Shown here: in pieces, positions 1 through 12,246 of the stretch | Position numbering within the stretch: position 1 is the stretch's first letter | Layout of the letters: each line of letters starts with the position of its first letter | Assembly (NCBI RefSeq): GCF_037042905.1 | Contig: NC_087251.1 | Coordinates: 41,852,001 to 41,916,000, forward strand | Direction of reading: 5' to 3' | DNA from: Lytechinus pictus | Taxonomy: Eukaryota | DNA length: 64,000 nt | Position numbers and translations under genes: made by a program | The notes under the pieces: model-generated | What the model saw: the letters and a program-made list of their open reading frames with translations, nothing else | Told to the model about the DNA's origin: nothing | Databases searched by the model: none

Positions 1-14
1 CACAGAGATACATA

Positions 15-84
15 TGTTACTCTCTCGACCATACAGAAGCTGTGTAATTCTGTTCGTTTCTGACTCATAATATAACTTGAAACA
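15..84 (+). repeat. 3' part of a Gypsy-type 5' LTR
   Basis: Ends ...AACTTGAAACA immediately before a PBS. About 70 bp match the LTR at 14934-15093 with a few mismatches; bases 1-14 do not match. Confidence 0.75.
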
Positions 85-97
85 TGGTGGCAGCGGT
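85..97 (+). promoter_or_regulatory. Primer-binding site TGGTGGCAGCGGT (tRNA-Leu type)
   Basis: Directly follows the LTR-terminal CA and is complementary to the 3' end ACCGCUGCCACCA of metazoan tRNA-Leu(AAG/UAG). Confidence 0.8.
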
Positions 98-3000
98 AAA
101 AAGTTACATATTTTCGTAGAACAGTTATTATTCTTCTCCCTGAAGTCTATTATGTATCTGCAAACTGTGATTTGGCCTGGATTTCGCCAGCTTTCTGAGA
201 GTAATTCCTGCATGTGTCCCACATATGTAAGTCTGTGTACTGTTTTCTACATTATTTCAGTATCACTGTTGTTGGTTTGAATTACCATTCTGACCACCTA
301 GTATGGGTACATTACCGCCGCCGTGCACAGGATAACCGCTGGCACGGCCTTGCAATAAGTTTTTTATTCTTATGTAAAAATTTGAAATTTATCTACATTT
401 TACATGAAGTAAGCTTTGTAAGTTTGGATATGAAACTTACCAAACGATATGAAGCCAATTTCAATTCCTCTCTGTCTTTCTGGTACTTTATATCGATGAT
501 TTTACTTGATGTCGAAGCAGGCATGCGGCCAATTCGCTGGTTTTCTCTATACGCACAGAGAGGGCGCGCGATATTATTTAATAAACTTGCTTGTTTACGT
601 CAGATCAGCTGTACTGCTGGTTGCATTCTAGGCGCTCCGCATTTTTTTCGCTGTTCAGCGTTATTTTATGATGTAGCGCCATCAGCGATTATACGTGAGA
701 TGCCTGTTGATTTTTTTGGTACAATTTCCTATTATGCGCCGGCGACTTGAATCTAGACTGTTCGATAAGAAAAATTCGCATTTCGATTGTTGTTTGCGTA
801 ATTTCCACCGCAGTATTAAGGATCGGACGGAGTATCTTGGCTGAGATTTGAAGGTAAGCGTTTAAAATCCCTTTTTATGAATATTTTGGAGCATAGTTTG
901 AAAATTAATTCAATGAACAAATTAAGATGAATAAATTTAGTATATTGTGAAGATTTTGGCGTGTGTCATTCTTTCACATTCGTGTGATGAATGAAAACGT
1001 CAAAATTCATTATGAAATGACATGCGTTGTGGGAGGTTAGTACAACTAACCTCGCATGCTTGTGTGAGTGCATTCTGACCACTCACACTAGTACGAGGTT
1101 AGTATATACATGTGTATATATACTAACCTCGTACACCGAACCGTGTTTGACCCTTGATTTCGAAGTAGTCGGCAAACATCGCTTCATTGCTGAAGTAATA
1201 TTTGCCGAAACTCCTTCTCGCTACTCACCGGGGCTCTTTCCGGTAAGTAGCAATAGTAAAATTAAAAATGTAATTTGAATATAATAATCGGTCAAAAAGT
1301 GCAAATTTCGCTTACCTCGGCCTGGAAAGTAACTTCGCTTGTCTCTTCTACGGAAATTCAAGGAGGCCCGTTGGTGGCGCTAATAAATTTCACAACCTTG
1401 ATTCAGCTCCTCGGTAATTTTATAACTGTGTCTAAATTCTTTGAATGCGCAATTCTTATGATTAATTTACTAATTATGGGCACCAATAAATGAAATACCT
1501 TCAAAAACATAATTCAAGATTATTATTGGCGATGATAACACTTTTCTGCAATTAATTTAAAACGATGACTAATAAAGAAAAATTGAAAAAAATGTACGTG
1601 CCTGGAACGAAACCAGCAGTACAGGCTTTAACGAACATCAATAATACGGTATACCAAAGTCTTTACAATGAAAAGATTGGACACTTCACGGACTTTGCGT
1701 AATGACCTGCGTCAATTTGCGTGTAAAATAGTGTAGGTGCCTAGTCTTTCCCTTGTCGTGTCTTTGATATGAATATAAATCGCGCGCCCTCTTTAGGAGA
1801 AAATTGATATCCACGCTTACCAATTTTTATCTCCTTGAAATCTTCACTAAAGATCAAGAAAATATACATATTTTTTTAAAGAAACTTCAAGGAGAAGTCA
1901 CGGAAGGATCTAAATGATTCGGTAAGTGTCATAGCAGAATGTGAAATACCAGATTATGCGTGATATTTTATGTGGGCAAAAGCCCAGTATATTTTGGATG
2001 TGTCGTGTGTGTCGCGTGAATATGACTGATATTCCTTCGCACGCGAGATGATATGAACCCATGGGTGACACTATACAGACTCAAATCAGGAAAATATATG
2101 CCAACTATTAACCTAGCCTAGAGTGAATTTACTTACAATTTGCAAATTCGCCTTTTATTCCGGAGAGAAAATGTTTTTGGGGGTGACTTTGTACCACGAA
2201 ATGGGTCCGCTCTGATCTCGAAATTGAAAGCATTACGCAATTAACTCCTCTGATTGGAGCCGCAGCTCAGCGCGCGCTAGCTAGCCCAGGCTGCCCAGCA
2301 AAGATCGGCAATGTTGTTTTTCAGTCCAGGTCGGTCGACACGGCGACTCTCAACAATCATAATTACAATATTCAATTCTATGGGACCTCGTCTATAAAGT
2401 AATCAAAATTGAAATAAATACCAGGATAATGATACAGTCATTTTTTTCTTCTTGTATATCTCCACATTATTTCCTTCTGTTTTTGTATTTCTTCCAATTC
2501 TTTGTAAACTAATACAAACGTGCACGAGGGCACCCATGAACTTACATAAACAGCTCGTGTTACTAGTGCTTAGCTAGCTTAGCTAGGCTTTTATTTATTT
2601 TTCATCTCTCTCGATCGATCGGTCAAGAGAGAGGTATTTGCAAAAAACTTGCAATCCATTGCAATCCAATTTTACATCTTCAGAAATCTTAAAGACTTTC
2701 AATCAATTGTACATCGGAAAAATTAAGAGATCTGGGCATTCAGGGTGCGGGGGCTTCAGTTTTCATCAGAAAATGTATGAAATAACGAAAAGGAGGGTTA
2801 GTTAGCCACTAGACTAGACCAGCTTAGCATGTCTTCAAAAAAGGGCAGCTAACACTCTGACCTGACGGCACGCTCTATCAGGTCATGACCTAATTTGGTA
2901 ATCCAATAAGCAAACTACTGTCTCACAGCCGTGCAAATCCCTCGAGCTCAAACAGCGAGCGTTGCCATGGAAACAGGCTCGACTCGCCCCACTCCAAGTC

Positions 3001-4920
3001 ATAAAGCATTTCTTTCTCTACCACGTGGCCTATCACTCGCTCCTTGCCAGACATGATTACGCAATGTATTCTGGCTTCTGTTTACATTCTCCGAACACAT
3101 CCCCTCCCCTCTCTCTCCCCCTCTCCCAGTCGTAAAACATTCCTTTCTCTGACTGCGCTGCACTGGCGCTCCTTTGAAAGAGCAACTCGATGTATTATGT
3201 CGAACTGTCTCAGTCCTGTTCACTGTTCACAAGACAAAAATACGCCGGCATTTTAAAAGGAAATATCTACGTCTCTAAAAGAATCCGCCACGTAAGAAGC
3301 ACATGATCCTAACTCAATTTTCATTGTTAATGTTTTCATTATGCGTCGTTACTTCTCCCTTTTTTTTCGTATGACGGTCTGCGGGTTTGAGAATGAACTC
3401 GGCCCGGCCCGCAACCCGCGATTGGGGGCATACCGGCAGGTTGACCCGTACCGTAACGGGTGCGGGTTACAACATTAACTGTTACTACTGTTGATTGCAT
3501 AATGACTGATAATCATAGTGATGGGTCTCCTTCAGAGCTTCAGCATGGAGCTACATGTACTTTTGCTAAGCCTTCCATTCAAAACTTTCAAAGCTTTTTC
3601 TAATTGATCTTTTACCTTTCTGAAGACATCTAACGTTATGACTATGTGTAGAGGAGAAGTTTCTTGTTCTTTTGATACCGTTTATTTGACCATGGACCTA
3701 TGAAAGCTGGACATTCATCGGTTAGTTAATGAATTCACTAACATCTGACTGTCATTGTCATGTGAATAACATTCTCTTCATATTTATCTCCTGTGATACC
3801 ATCATGGTCGCCGTCAATTAAACCATGAGTTACAGAAGCTTTCGGTGATTAGACATTTAACATTAGACAAATTGTATGCGCAGAAGGTAATAAATTACCT
3901 GAATTTTCGGAAATTAATGTGCAGTTCATGGTTTTTATTTGGAAAAATGTATGAATATTTCAAGATAGAGGCTGAAATGAAATTGATTGATTGTAATTTA
4001 TAATCACATTTTAAAGATTTCCTCATAATATTCCAGAGAAACATGGTGGGTTTCTTGTAGGGGTCGTCCCCCTCTCGTTGTTAGAAAAGTCATTATGAGT
4101 GTGCAGAAGCGTGCAAATCGATAATAATAAATTAGATATAAAAAAATCGTCTGCTTCTCAATTTGCTGTTCCAAATCTGAAACATCTTAATTGAAAGGTA
4201 TAATCTGCTACAAGACATCAGCCAACAATTTCTGACTGACCTCTGCACTCTGATACTACTTCCGGGGCATCAAACTTGCATAATAAGGCCGTTGTCGATG
4301 GTGATTATACGCTACGAGAGATTCTAAGCTTTCATTTTATACCAAGATTGTCGAGGTTTAGAGCATTTTTCCTGGTGTTAAAAGTCAGAGAACAATCAGT
4401 CTTATTTTTTGCCATATTTTAAGGTATTTTCTTGATGAAAAACATGTAAAAAGAGTATGAAGGAGGAGGGGGAGAAACCTAGTAGAAACCCATATTTTCT
4501 GAAAGTTTGAAGTTTTCTGAATGTAATGGTATACAATGTTTATGCATTTATACAATCGCATGGAATCGCATATGCTTGAAAAAAAAGGCACACATGGAAA
4601 ATGAGGAATCTCGTCGACCTTGTTTTGACTCATTACGTAATTATATGGCATAAATTTTTTTAGTTTGTCTTTTAATTAGGAAATATGTTGCCTTGTGATA
4701 TTTATATTGTTGAATTTCATTGTAAATGTGTGTTGTGAATGTGATATTTGTTTGGGGAGTGGGGGCAATTGTTACCAAAATTATATATAAATATATATAT
4801 ATATGTATACCATAGTGTGATGATAAGTTTACTTCTACCAATAGCTGTTGAGTTGTGAATATTAAACATAATGAGATGAGGCGAGGCCAACTCAACAGAT
4901 GACGCAGGACACCATTATTT

Positions 4921-4960
4921 GCTTTAGCTTTCGTCTTTTAATTGAGACTTCGTCAGAAGC
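4921..4960 (-). ncRNA. Minimal type I hammerhead ribozyme in the PLE terminal repeat/UTR
   Basis: Minus strand reads GCUU-CUGACGA-A-GUCU-caauuaaa-AGAC-GAAA-GC-UA-AAGC. Stem I is GCUU/AAGC, the core is CUGAnGA...GAAA, stem II is GUCU/AGAC, stem III is a minimal palindrome (AGCU), followed by a UH site. Same strand as the PLE ORF. Confidence 0.8.
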
Positions 4961-5514
4961 GTCTGAAAAATATAAGGAGATACAACATCCAAGTTTGTTT
5001 TGCACATCAATGAATTACACCAAGTTGAATATATTCCATAATGACAAATTAATGAATGAACAGATAAATAAATTAATGAATAATAAATAATTAAATCAAT
5101 TAAAATAATAATGATATAAATGAAGAAGATATACCTGTAATTACAGACTATTGTGATAGTTAAGTATGACCGTATCCTATCTCGTTCTTTAGGAAAGTGG
5201 CAAAAATTGCAAAATGAAAACATTGGTTGCTAGGTGGTGAAAGCGCAAAGCGCATTGGTAATGCCCATATAATTTATGTCACAATGAATATGAATATTCA
5301 TGTTATTAGATATCGTAAGCTGGAGGATGATGACGAAAACATTGTTTCTTACAAGCATAGTAATTAAATCTCTATGAAACAGTATAAAATTTGAAATCAA
5401 ATTGAGTAAAGATTATGAATAAAATTGTTGATAATTCGCGTAATGACCAAAAGTCTCACTTCTCAAGCTTAGGTCATCTAGAAAGCACCTAACAAATACA
5501 TAACAATAAGTATA

Positions 5515-6472
5515 AACAAGTGGAATGCCTCTGGCCGTCTCACCTGCATCACGCGATTCAATATAGCAGCAGTGCTGATTTTGAAAACTACTATAACTCG
5601 CACAAGATGTTCAGTGATACTGGGTTACTCTTATTTCCACGTTTTATGAACTAGACCAATACACTTATAGAGATATGATGGCAATTCAACAAATACCCCC
5701 AACGTGGCCAAAGTTCTTTGACCTTACATGACCTTTGACCTTGATCATGTGACCTGAAACTCGCACAGGATGTTCAGTGATACTTGATTACTATTATGTC
5801 CAAGTTTTATGAACTAGACCAACACACTTTCAAATTTATGGCTGTAATTCAACAAATACCCAAATTTGGCCAAAGTTCATTGACCCTAAATGACCTTTGA
5901 CCTTGATCATGTGACCTGAAACTTGCACAGGATGTTCAGTAATACTTGATTACTATTATGTCCAAGTTTCATGAATCAGATCCATAAACTTTCAAAGTTA
6001 TGATGGTAATTCGACAGATACCCCCAATTCGGCCAAAGTTCATTGACCCTAAATGACCTTTGACCTTGGTCATGTGATGTGAAACTCATGCAGGATGTTC
6101 AGTGATACTTGATTAACCTTATGTATAAGTTTCATGAACTAGGTCCATATATTTTCTAAGTTATGATGACATTTCAAAAACTTAACCTTAGGTTAAGATT
6201 TTGATGTTGATTCCCCCAACATGGTCTAAGTTCATTGACCCTAAATGACCTTTGACCTTGGTCATGTGACATGAAACTCAGGCAGGATGTTCAGTAATAC
6301 TTGATTAACCTTATGGCCAAGTTTCATGAACTAGGTCCATATACTTTCTAAGTTATGCTGTCATTTCAAAAACTTAACCTCAGGTTAAGATTTGGTGTTG
6401 ACGCCGCCGTCGCCGCCGCCGTCGGAAAAGCGGCGCCTATAGTCTCACTCTGCTATGCAGGTGAGACAAAAA
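5515..6472 (-). mobile_element. HINE/Helentron-like non-autonomous element, family 1 copy A, inside the PLE 3' region
   Basis: SubTIR GTCTCACCTGCAT at both ends, 5' hairpin partner GCAGAGTGAGAC, (GGC)n tract, ~5 tandem 163/192-bp cores, T-rich ends and no TSD. Homologous to 16937, 35069 and 41989. Confidence 0.8.
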
Positions 6473-6795
6473 TCATTTAATCATTTAATTAGTGATACTG
6501 ATGTAACAAATGTGACACACAATTGAGGTTAATTAGAAAATATCTATTCTTCTACACTTCTACATTGATGCCGTTTGGTACAAGTGTCTAAAGTTTCAGA
6601 ATCCAATATGACTCTCGTTTGAGTATGATTGATTCATGCTGTTTTCTGATAAGTTCTATTCCTACAATTTGAATATCATCTGTGGAATGATTATCAGAAC
6701 TGAAGTGGGCAGCAATTAGGATTTCCTTGCGTCTACTTGTGTGATATTTCTTTATGTCTGATCGTGTGTTGCACATTCTTGTGTACAGTGTATTA

Positions 6796-8694
6796 TAGTG
6801 CTGCAAGTCAGGCGCCATGTTCGGGTTCGGTTCGGTTCGGCAAGGTTCGGCAGAAATTTGCCGAACATTGGTTCGGTTCGGGGTTCGGTAATGATAGACT
6901 GATAAAGCTATAGTTCATTCAGCTAGCGCGCGCTAGGCCGGCAAGGAGCTTCCTTGATTCAGGTATATACGTAGCGTACCGGTAGACAATTTGTACTTGA
7001 TTGACTGCATGTGCTCGCGTGTACCTCTGTCACATCAAACCATTTTATCTCTATCTTGTTGACATGAAACTATGAAAGTTATAGCGCTCAACGAATCAAC
7101 TGTTATCTCGAATTTGATTATCTGATGACAGATTAATTGGGTAACTCACAGTTCTAAAATGGCGACTCTTCCTAGTCGTCCATACCTGGACCACACTTTG
7201 GATACTTGCCAAATTAACTACGCTCGCACTCGTACCAGCTAGGCTAGCTAGGCAGCCAGCGCATGCAGTCCCCTTGTAGCGGGACTCTGAGCTCATGAAT
7301 ATTTATATATATATACAGTCCGGCCAAACGTGATTGGCAAGAGGCGGCCAGCGCCAGTGCACTGAACTGTAGGCATAGTAGGGCCAGGGGCGTGTCGAAG
7401 AAAGCGTGCTTATGTAATGCGCCCTTCGCTAATTGGCTCGATGGGTGAACTAAACCACCAATCGCATGTCGCTGATTGTCGCATAGGTACATACAGCCAC
7501 GTGCTTTGTCTGCTCGCGAAACTCAGCTCACTGAGCTGATTGAAGAGCAATTCCCGAGATTTCTATGATTTCATTGGTCAGATTTCATTCGACCATGAAC
7601 ATACAGACCAAGTGGGATGCAAAGTTTTACGACTGTAATGGGACAGGGGGAGTAGAGTGATCATCGAATTGTTTATGGTTAATTTGAGAAGTTGATAAGA
7701 AAGGAAAACAAAAGTAAAGATTGGGGGTCATTTTCCCCCAAGAGATGAATGTTTCCGCATGGCTTTATCTTCATTCAACTTGTCAACGAGGGGAAGGGGA
7801 TCTTTGCTAGTAGGTCCATGCTATACCGTAATCATTCATGAGTGTTTGATTTTTATTTTCATCTGATTGTTAATAATAAAAAAGATAACTTCACCTCATC
7901 TCATTTCTATATTATTTGTTTTGCGTCTCTCCTTTCCATCTCTAACAGTCACTCACTTTATTTCCCACTTTCACTTGATCTCTCGTTTTCAAAACTCTTT
8001 ACTTCTCTCTAAAATCATGAAAACTAGACAGTAGCGAGCCGACACCTCAATAATAATGTCAATCATCTCAATCAGATCTTTATTCTCCGCCACAACAATA
8101 CACGAGTTACGATCTTAATCACATCGTATCGTAATTCGTAATATTAATGGTACTTCATCTTTCACTTTCAGTTTATTGAGCTCGTTCATTCAAAATACTT
8201 TGAAGATTTTCAAACAAGAATCTTGTTCGCCACCTAAAAACAACAATATTTTAGATAATTAGATTTAACCAATGAACACTCATACAGTTTTGGTTTTCTT
8301 TACCATGCTTCGGCGATTCGGCCACAGAGCGGGAGATGATGAAAGCCAGTAAAATGATTATAGCGCAAGCTCGCGCAACATCATTCATCGGATCTCCTTT
8401 CTTAATCAGGTCCGTAAAAACCACAATGTCAACATGAAAATGAAAACAAAATCTAGTAACCGCAAAATATGCGCATACTTCCAACATAAAATTGCAAAGA
8501 AGATTCAATAGAGAATGCGCAAATATAATGATTATAAAGGGTGTAAACTTATAAATTTATTAGCTGAAAGCCGTTTTTTTTTTTTTTTGCCGAACTTCCG
8601 AACCAAGTCTTAGTGTTCGGTTCGGTTCTGTTCGGTTCGGAAGTGCCATGTTCGGCGAACTACCGTTCGGTTCGGCGGTTCGGCTACAGCACTA
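6796..8694. mobile_element. Non-autonomous hAT-like DNA transposon inserted in the PLE GIY-YIG coding region
   Basis: 8-bp TSD GTGTATTA (6788-6795 and 8695-8702), TIR TAGTGCTG...CAGCACTA, subterminal GTTCG repeats at both ends. Removing it restores the PLE frame YVGKTTNTL|YTRMCN. Confidence 0.88.
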
Positions 8695-9612
8695 GTGTAT
8701 TAGTAGTCTTCCCGACATACTGTTTGTTGCAGCGTTTGCAAGTAATGAGATATAATACCCATGAAGATTTGCAATTGATTTGCTGAGTAATTGGGAATTT
8801 CTCTCCTGTTACTGTGCTTACAAAATATTTAGTGTTCAACATGAATGGACAGATACAACATTTCTTAGCTTCGCATTTGGATGAGCCCATGTGTTCACTC
8901 TGATTGTTTTCAGAGTTTTCAGAGTTGACTGAAACACGGGACGATACTAATAAGTCTTGAAGAGAGCGGCATCGTCTAAATGCGATAAGGGGCGGTTCTG
9001 GAAATATTTCCTTTGTCACTTCAGATTGGTGAAGAATGTCCATGTGTTTGCGAGCAATTTGGGCAACTTTACGCAGGTTGGGGTGATAGGTGAGCACAAG
9101 AGGTGTTCTCTTCATTGTTTTGTCTTTCTTCTTATAATGTAAGAGGTTTTCCCGAGGGATTTCTTTAGCCTTGTTGATGGCTTTGCTCACTGAATGAGGA
9201 TTGTAATTACGTTTCTGGAGATGTTCTTGCAGATCTGCGATACTAGATTCACAGTTGGCTTCTTCGGAACAAATGCGCCTTATTCGGATTGTCTGGCTAT
9301 AAGGAATGCTATTGAAAACATGGTGTGGGTGAGATGAATCGGGAAGAAGATAAGCATGGGTGTCCGTAGGTTTGGAGTAGAGAGAGGTTTATAGAACGTT
9401 CTCTTTCATGTAAAGTAGAACATCAAGAAAGGAAACTTGAGAGTTAGACGTTTCAAACGTGAATTTGATTGTTGGATGGAATGAATTGGCAGCTTGGATA
9501 AATTGGTCAAGAGACTCCCTGTTTCCAGACCAGAGAAAATTAATATTGTCTACACCAGGATGATCTGTAAGGCTGTTGTGAGACTGAGGAGAGGAGTTTG
9601 TCTTCTAAGTCT

Positions 9613-9726
9613 GCCATAAAGATATTGGCATAAGAGGGTGCAACTGGAGTGCCATAAAGATATTGGCAAAAGAGGGTGCAACTGGAGTGCCATAAAGATA
9701 TTGGCAAAAGAGGGTGCAACTGGAGT
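9613..9726. repeat. 3 x 38-bp tandem repeat at the PLE inversion junction
   Basis: GCCATAAAGATATTGGCA(T/A)AAGAGGGTGCAACTGGAGT starts at 9613, 9651 and 9689. Confidence 0.9.
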
Positions 9727-10186
9727 GTCCCAAAAGACATCAAGCAATTACTAATCCCTATCAAATCGGAATGCCCACAAATGTACTTTTTGCCCAAAAT
9801 ACATAAATTGGGCAATCCAGGAAGACCAATTGTTTCCGGATGTTCTTGCCCTACTGTTCAAATATCTCGCTTTCTCGACACAGTATTGCGTCCATTGGTA
9901 CAACATACTAAGTCTTTCATACAAGACACAACGCACTTTCTGAAACATATCTCCAAAATAAACTCAGAGGGCCCAATTCCTAATGGGATATTCTTGGTCT
10001 CAGCCGACGTCAAATCCCTGTATACCAACATTCCCCATGCAGATGGTATCCAAGCCTGTAAGAAAGCTCTTGAAAAACGGAGATCGAGAGATCCCCCTAC
10101 TTGTGATATGGTTCGATTACTTGAACTAATTCTGAAGTTGAACAACTTTCAGTTTGCAGGGGAATTCTACATTCAGAACCAAGGAA

Positions 10187-10760
10187 CAATTTTTATCTCC
10201 GTGAAATCTTCACTAAAGATCAAGAAAATAGACATATTTTTAAAAAGAAACTTCAAGGAGAAGTCACGGAAGGATCTAAATGATGTCATAGCAGAATGTG
10301 AAATACCAGATCATGCGTGATATTTTATGTGGGCAAAAGCCCCTTATATTTTGGATGAGTCGTGTGTGTCGCGTGCATATGACTGATATTCCTTCGCACG
10401 CGAGATGATATGAACCCAGGGTGGTAGAAACCCATATTTTCTGAAAGTTTGAAGTTTTCTGAATGTAATGGTATACAATGTTTATGCATTTATACAATGG
10501 CATGGAATCGCATACGCTTGAAAAAAAAGGCACACATGGAAAATGAGGAATCTCGTCGACCTTGTTTTGACTCATTACGTAATTATATGGCATAAATTTT
10601 TTTAGTTTGTCTTTTAATTAGGAAATATGTTGCCTTGTGATATTTCTATTGTTGAAATTCATTGTAAATTTGTGTTGTGAATGTGATATTTGTCTGGGGA
10701 GTGGGGGCAATTGTTACCAAAATTATATTCAAATATAAATATATATATATGTATACCATA
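10187..10760 (+). repeat. Duplicate of the PLE left flank (1821-2067 joined to 4482-4814)
   Basis: 10187-10423 aligns with 1821-2067 and 10424-10760 aligns with 4482-4814, with scattered substitutions and small indels. Confidence 0.9.
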
Positions 10761-11425
10761 TAGATTTCTATATAATATATTATGTCATTCACTTCAATGT
10801 ATTCAAGTTAATTGTGTCAATATTTTTATTTTCTTTGTTGCTTTATTATAGAAATAATGTAGTCTATTATTAATATGATTAGGCCCTATTAATGTTATCA
10901 TTAATATCATTATTATGATAATTTTTTTTTTTATTATCATCGGTAGTATATGAGAAAAAAAATATTACTACTGTTACATTTGAAAGGGGTAGCATCTTTT
11001 AGCTCATATGCCTTATTTAGTGAGAGTTAAACTGAGCACTCTTGTTTACAAATAACCTTTATTGTACAATTATTTAATTAATATATTGTGCCCTGTTCAA
11101 TTAAATTTATTGCTTTGATAATTGTTTACATCAATTGGAGAAGATTGGAAAATAAGATATGGTTTTTGCTGTTATGGTATGACATCACACTATGTTTTGT
11201 TGATCTCTAGATTGCCAAAATGCATTAAGGATTGCATCAATGTTTTAGTTTACCACACAGTACCATATTTGGTAGCAACTAGCATTCATGAATAATTTAG
11301 CTGCAATTGATGAAAGAAGACCATGTGTGTCTAACTGCTAATATGTTTCCCCTACAATTTGGAATGACTAGAGGCAAGAGTCATAACTTGCATTTGCAAA
11401 CAAGATTTTATTTTTTGTATATATA

Positions 11426-12236
11426 CAGTGCGTCCAAGAAAAAACAAAACCGAGATTAAGCGATGATTTATCATAACTTAATCACAAATACAATAGACAA
11501 ATGACCTACCAATGCAAAGCTTAGAATCTCCTCTTTCATCTGATATTACTTAGATTATTCCTCATTCACGCATGAGTGAGCAAAAACAATTTGAAGAAAG
11601 GATACCAAAAACCCATTTGGCGTGGGGTATCTGAATTTCAAAAGGAAAATCACATGCCTAAAAAGTTCAATATCTGCTCTTTTATTTGATACCTTAATCA
11701 CAAAAAATGGTCAAGAAATAAAAAAGTTATGTTCCTTCGAAACAATACTTGTATTTCCATAATTTCATTAAATAAACGTGTTTTCACCGGTTTCCCACAG
11801 AAGCTATCTCATGGTTAACAAAAGACTTAATGCATGGCTGATCATCAACAAAATGGAGTGTCGAGTGAGTTTGAACGCTAGCCTGTAGAACCTCTTCATT
11901 TTATGAAATTATTGAAATTCAAGCCTTATTTCAAATAACCAGAACTTTGTTATTTCTTGACCATTTTCTGTAATTGAGGTATCAAATTAAAGAGCAGATA
12001 TTGAAATTTTTTAAAATTTGGTTTTCTCTTTGATACCCAGATACAGCCTGCCAAATGACTTTTTGGTATCCCCTCTTCAAATTATTTTTGCTCACACTCA
12101 TGCATGAATGAGAAATAATCTAAGTAATTTCAGATGAAAGAGGAGATTCTAAGCTTTACAATGGTAGGTCATTTGTCTATTGTATTTATGATTAAGTTAT
12201 GATGAATCTCGGTTTCGTTTTTTGTGGGACGCACTG
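11426..12236. mobile_element. Tc1/mariner-type MITE with long TIRs
   Basis: TA|CAGTGCGTCC...GGACGCACTG with roughly 300 bp of imperfect inverted arms. A shorter relative lies at 24018-24312. Confidence 0.8.
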
Positions 12237-12246
12237 AATATTTCAG

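Larger units (their letters stand above)
4815..10186 (-). mobile_element. Penelope-like retroelement (Neptune-type), defective, 5'-truncated and 5'-inverted, with two nested insertions
   Basis: Minus strand gives GTPVAPSYANIFMADLE, FHPTIKFT, YSKPTDTHAYL, IPYSQTIRIRRICS, a Cys-rich linker KCEAKKCCICPF, then GIY-YIG VLYLITCKRCNKQYVGKT...RESYWILKL*TLVPNGIN with the stop at 6552-6554. The plus-strand block 9727-10186 carries the RT N-half (YFLPKIHK, GRPIVSGCSCPT, ADVKSLYTNIPH, YIQNQGT). The catalytic DD motif is degraded and there are in-frame stops. Confidence 0.92.

Noticed and set aside
298..348. Canonical Helitron 3' end on the minus strand
   Set aside because: The CTAG is followed by G rather than T, the hairpin loop is long, and no 5' TC end was located.
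214..750. 178-aa ORF as gag or a host gene
   Set aside because: No recognisable motif, and it crosses an apparent repeat boundary near 298.
9676..10320. 214-aa ORF as an intact gene
   Set aside because: It is a chimera of the antisense 38-bp repeats, the inverted PLE RT fragment and the duplicated flank.
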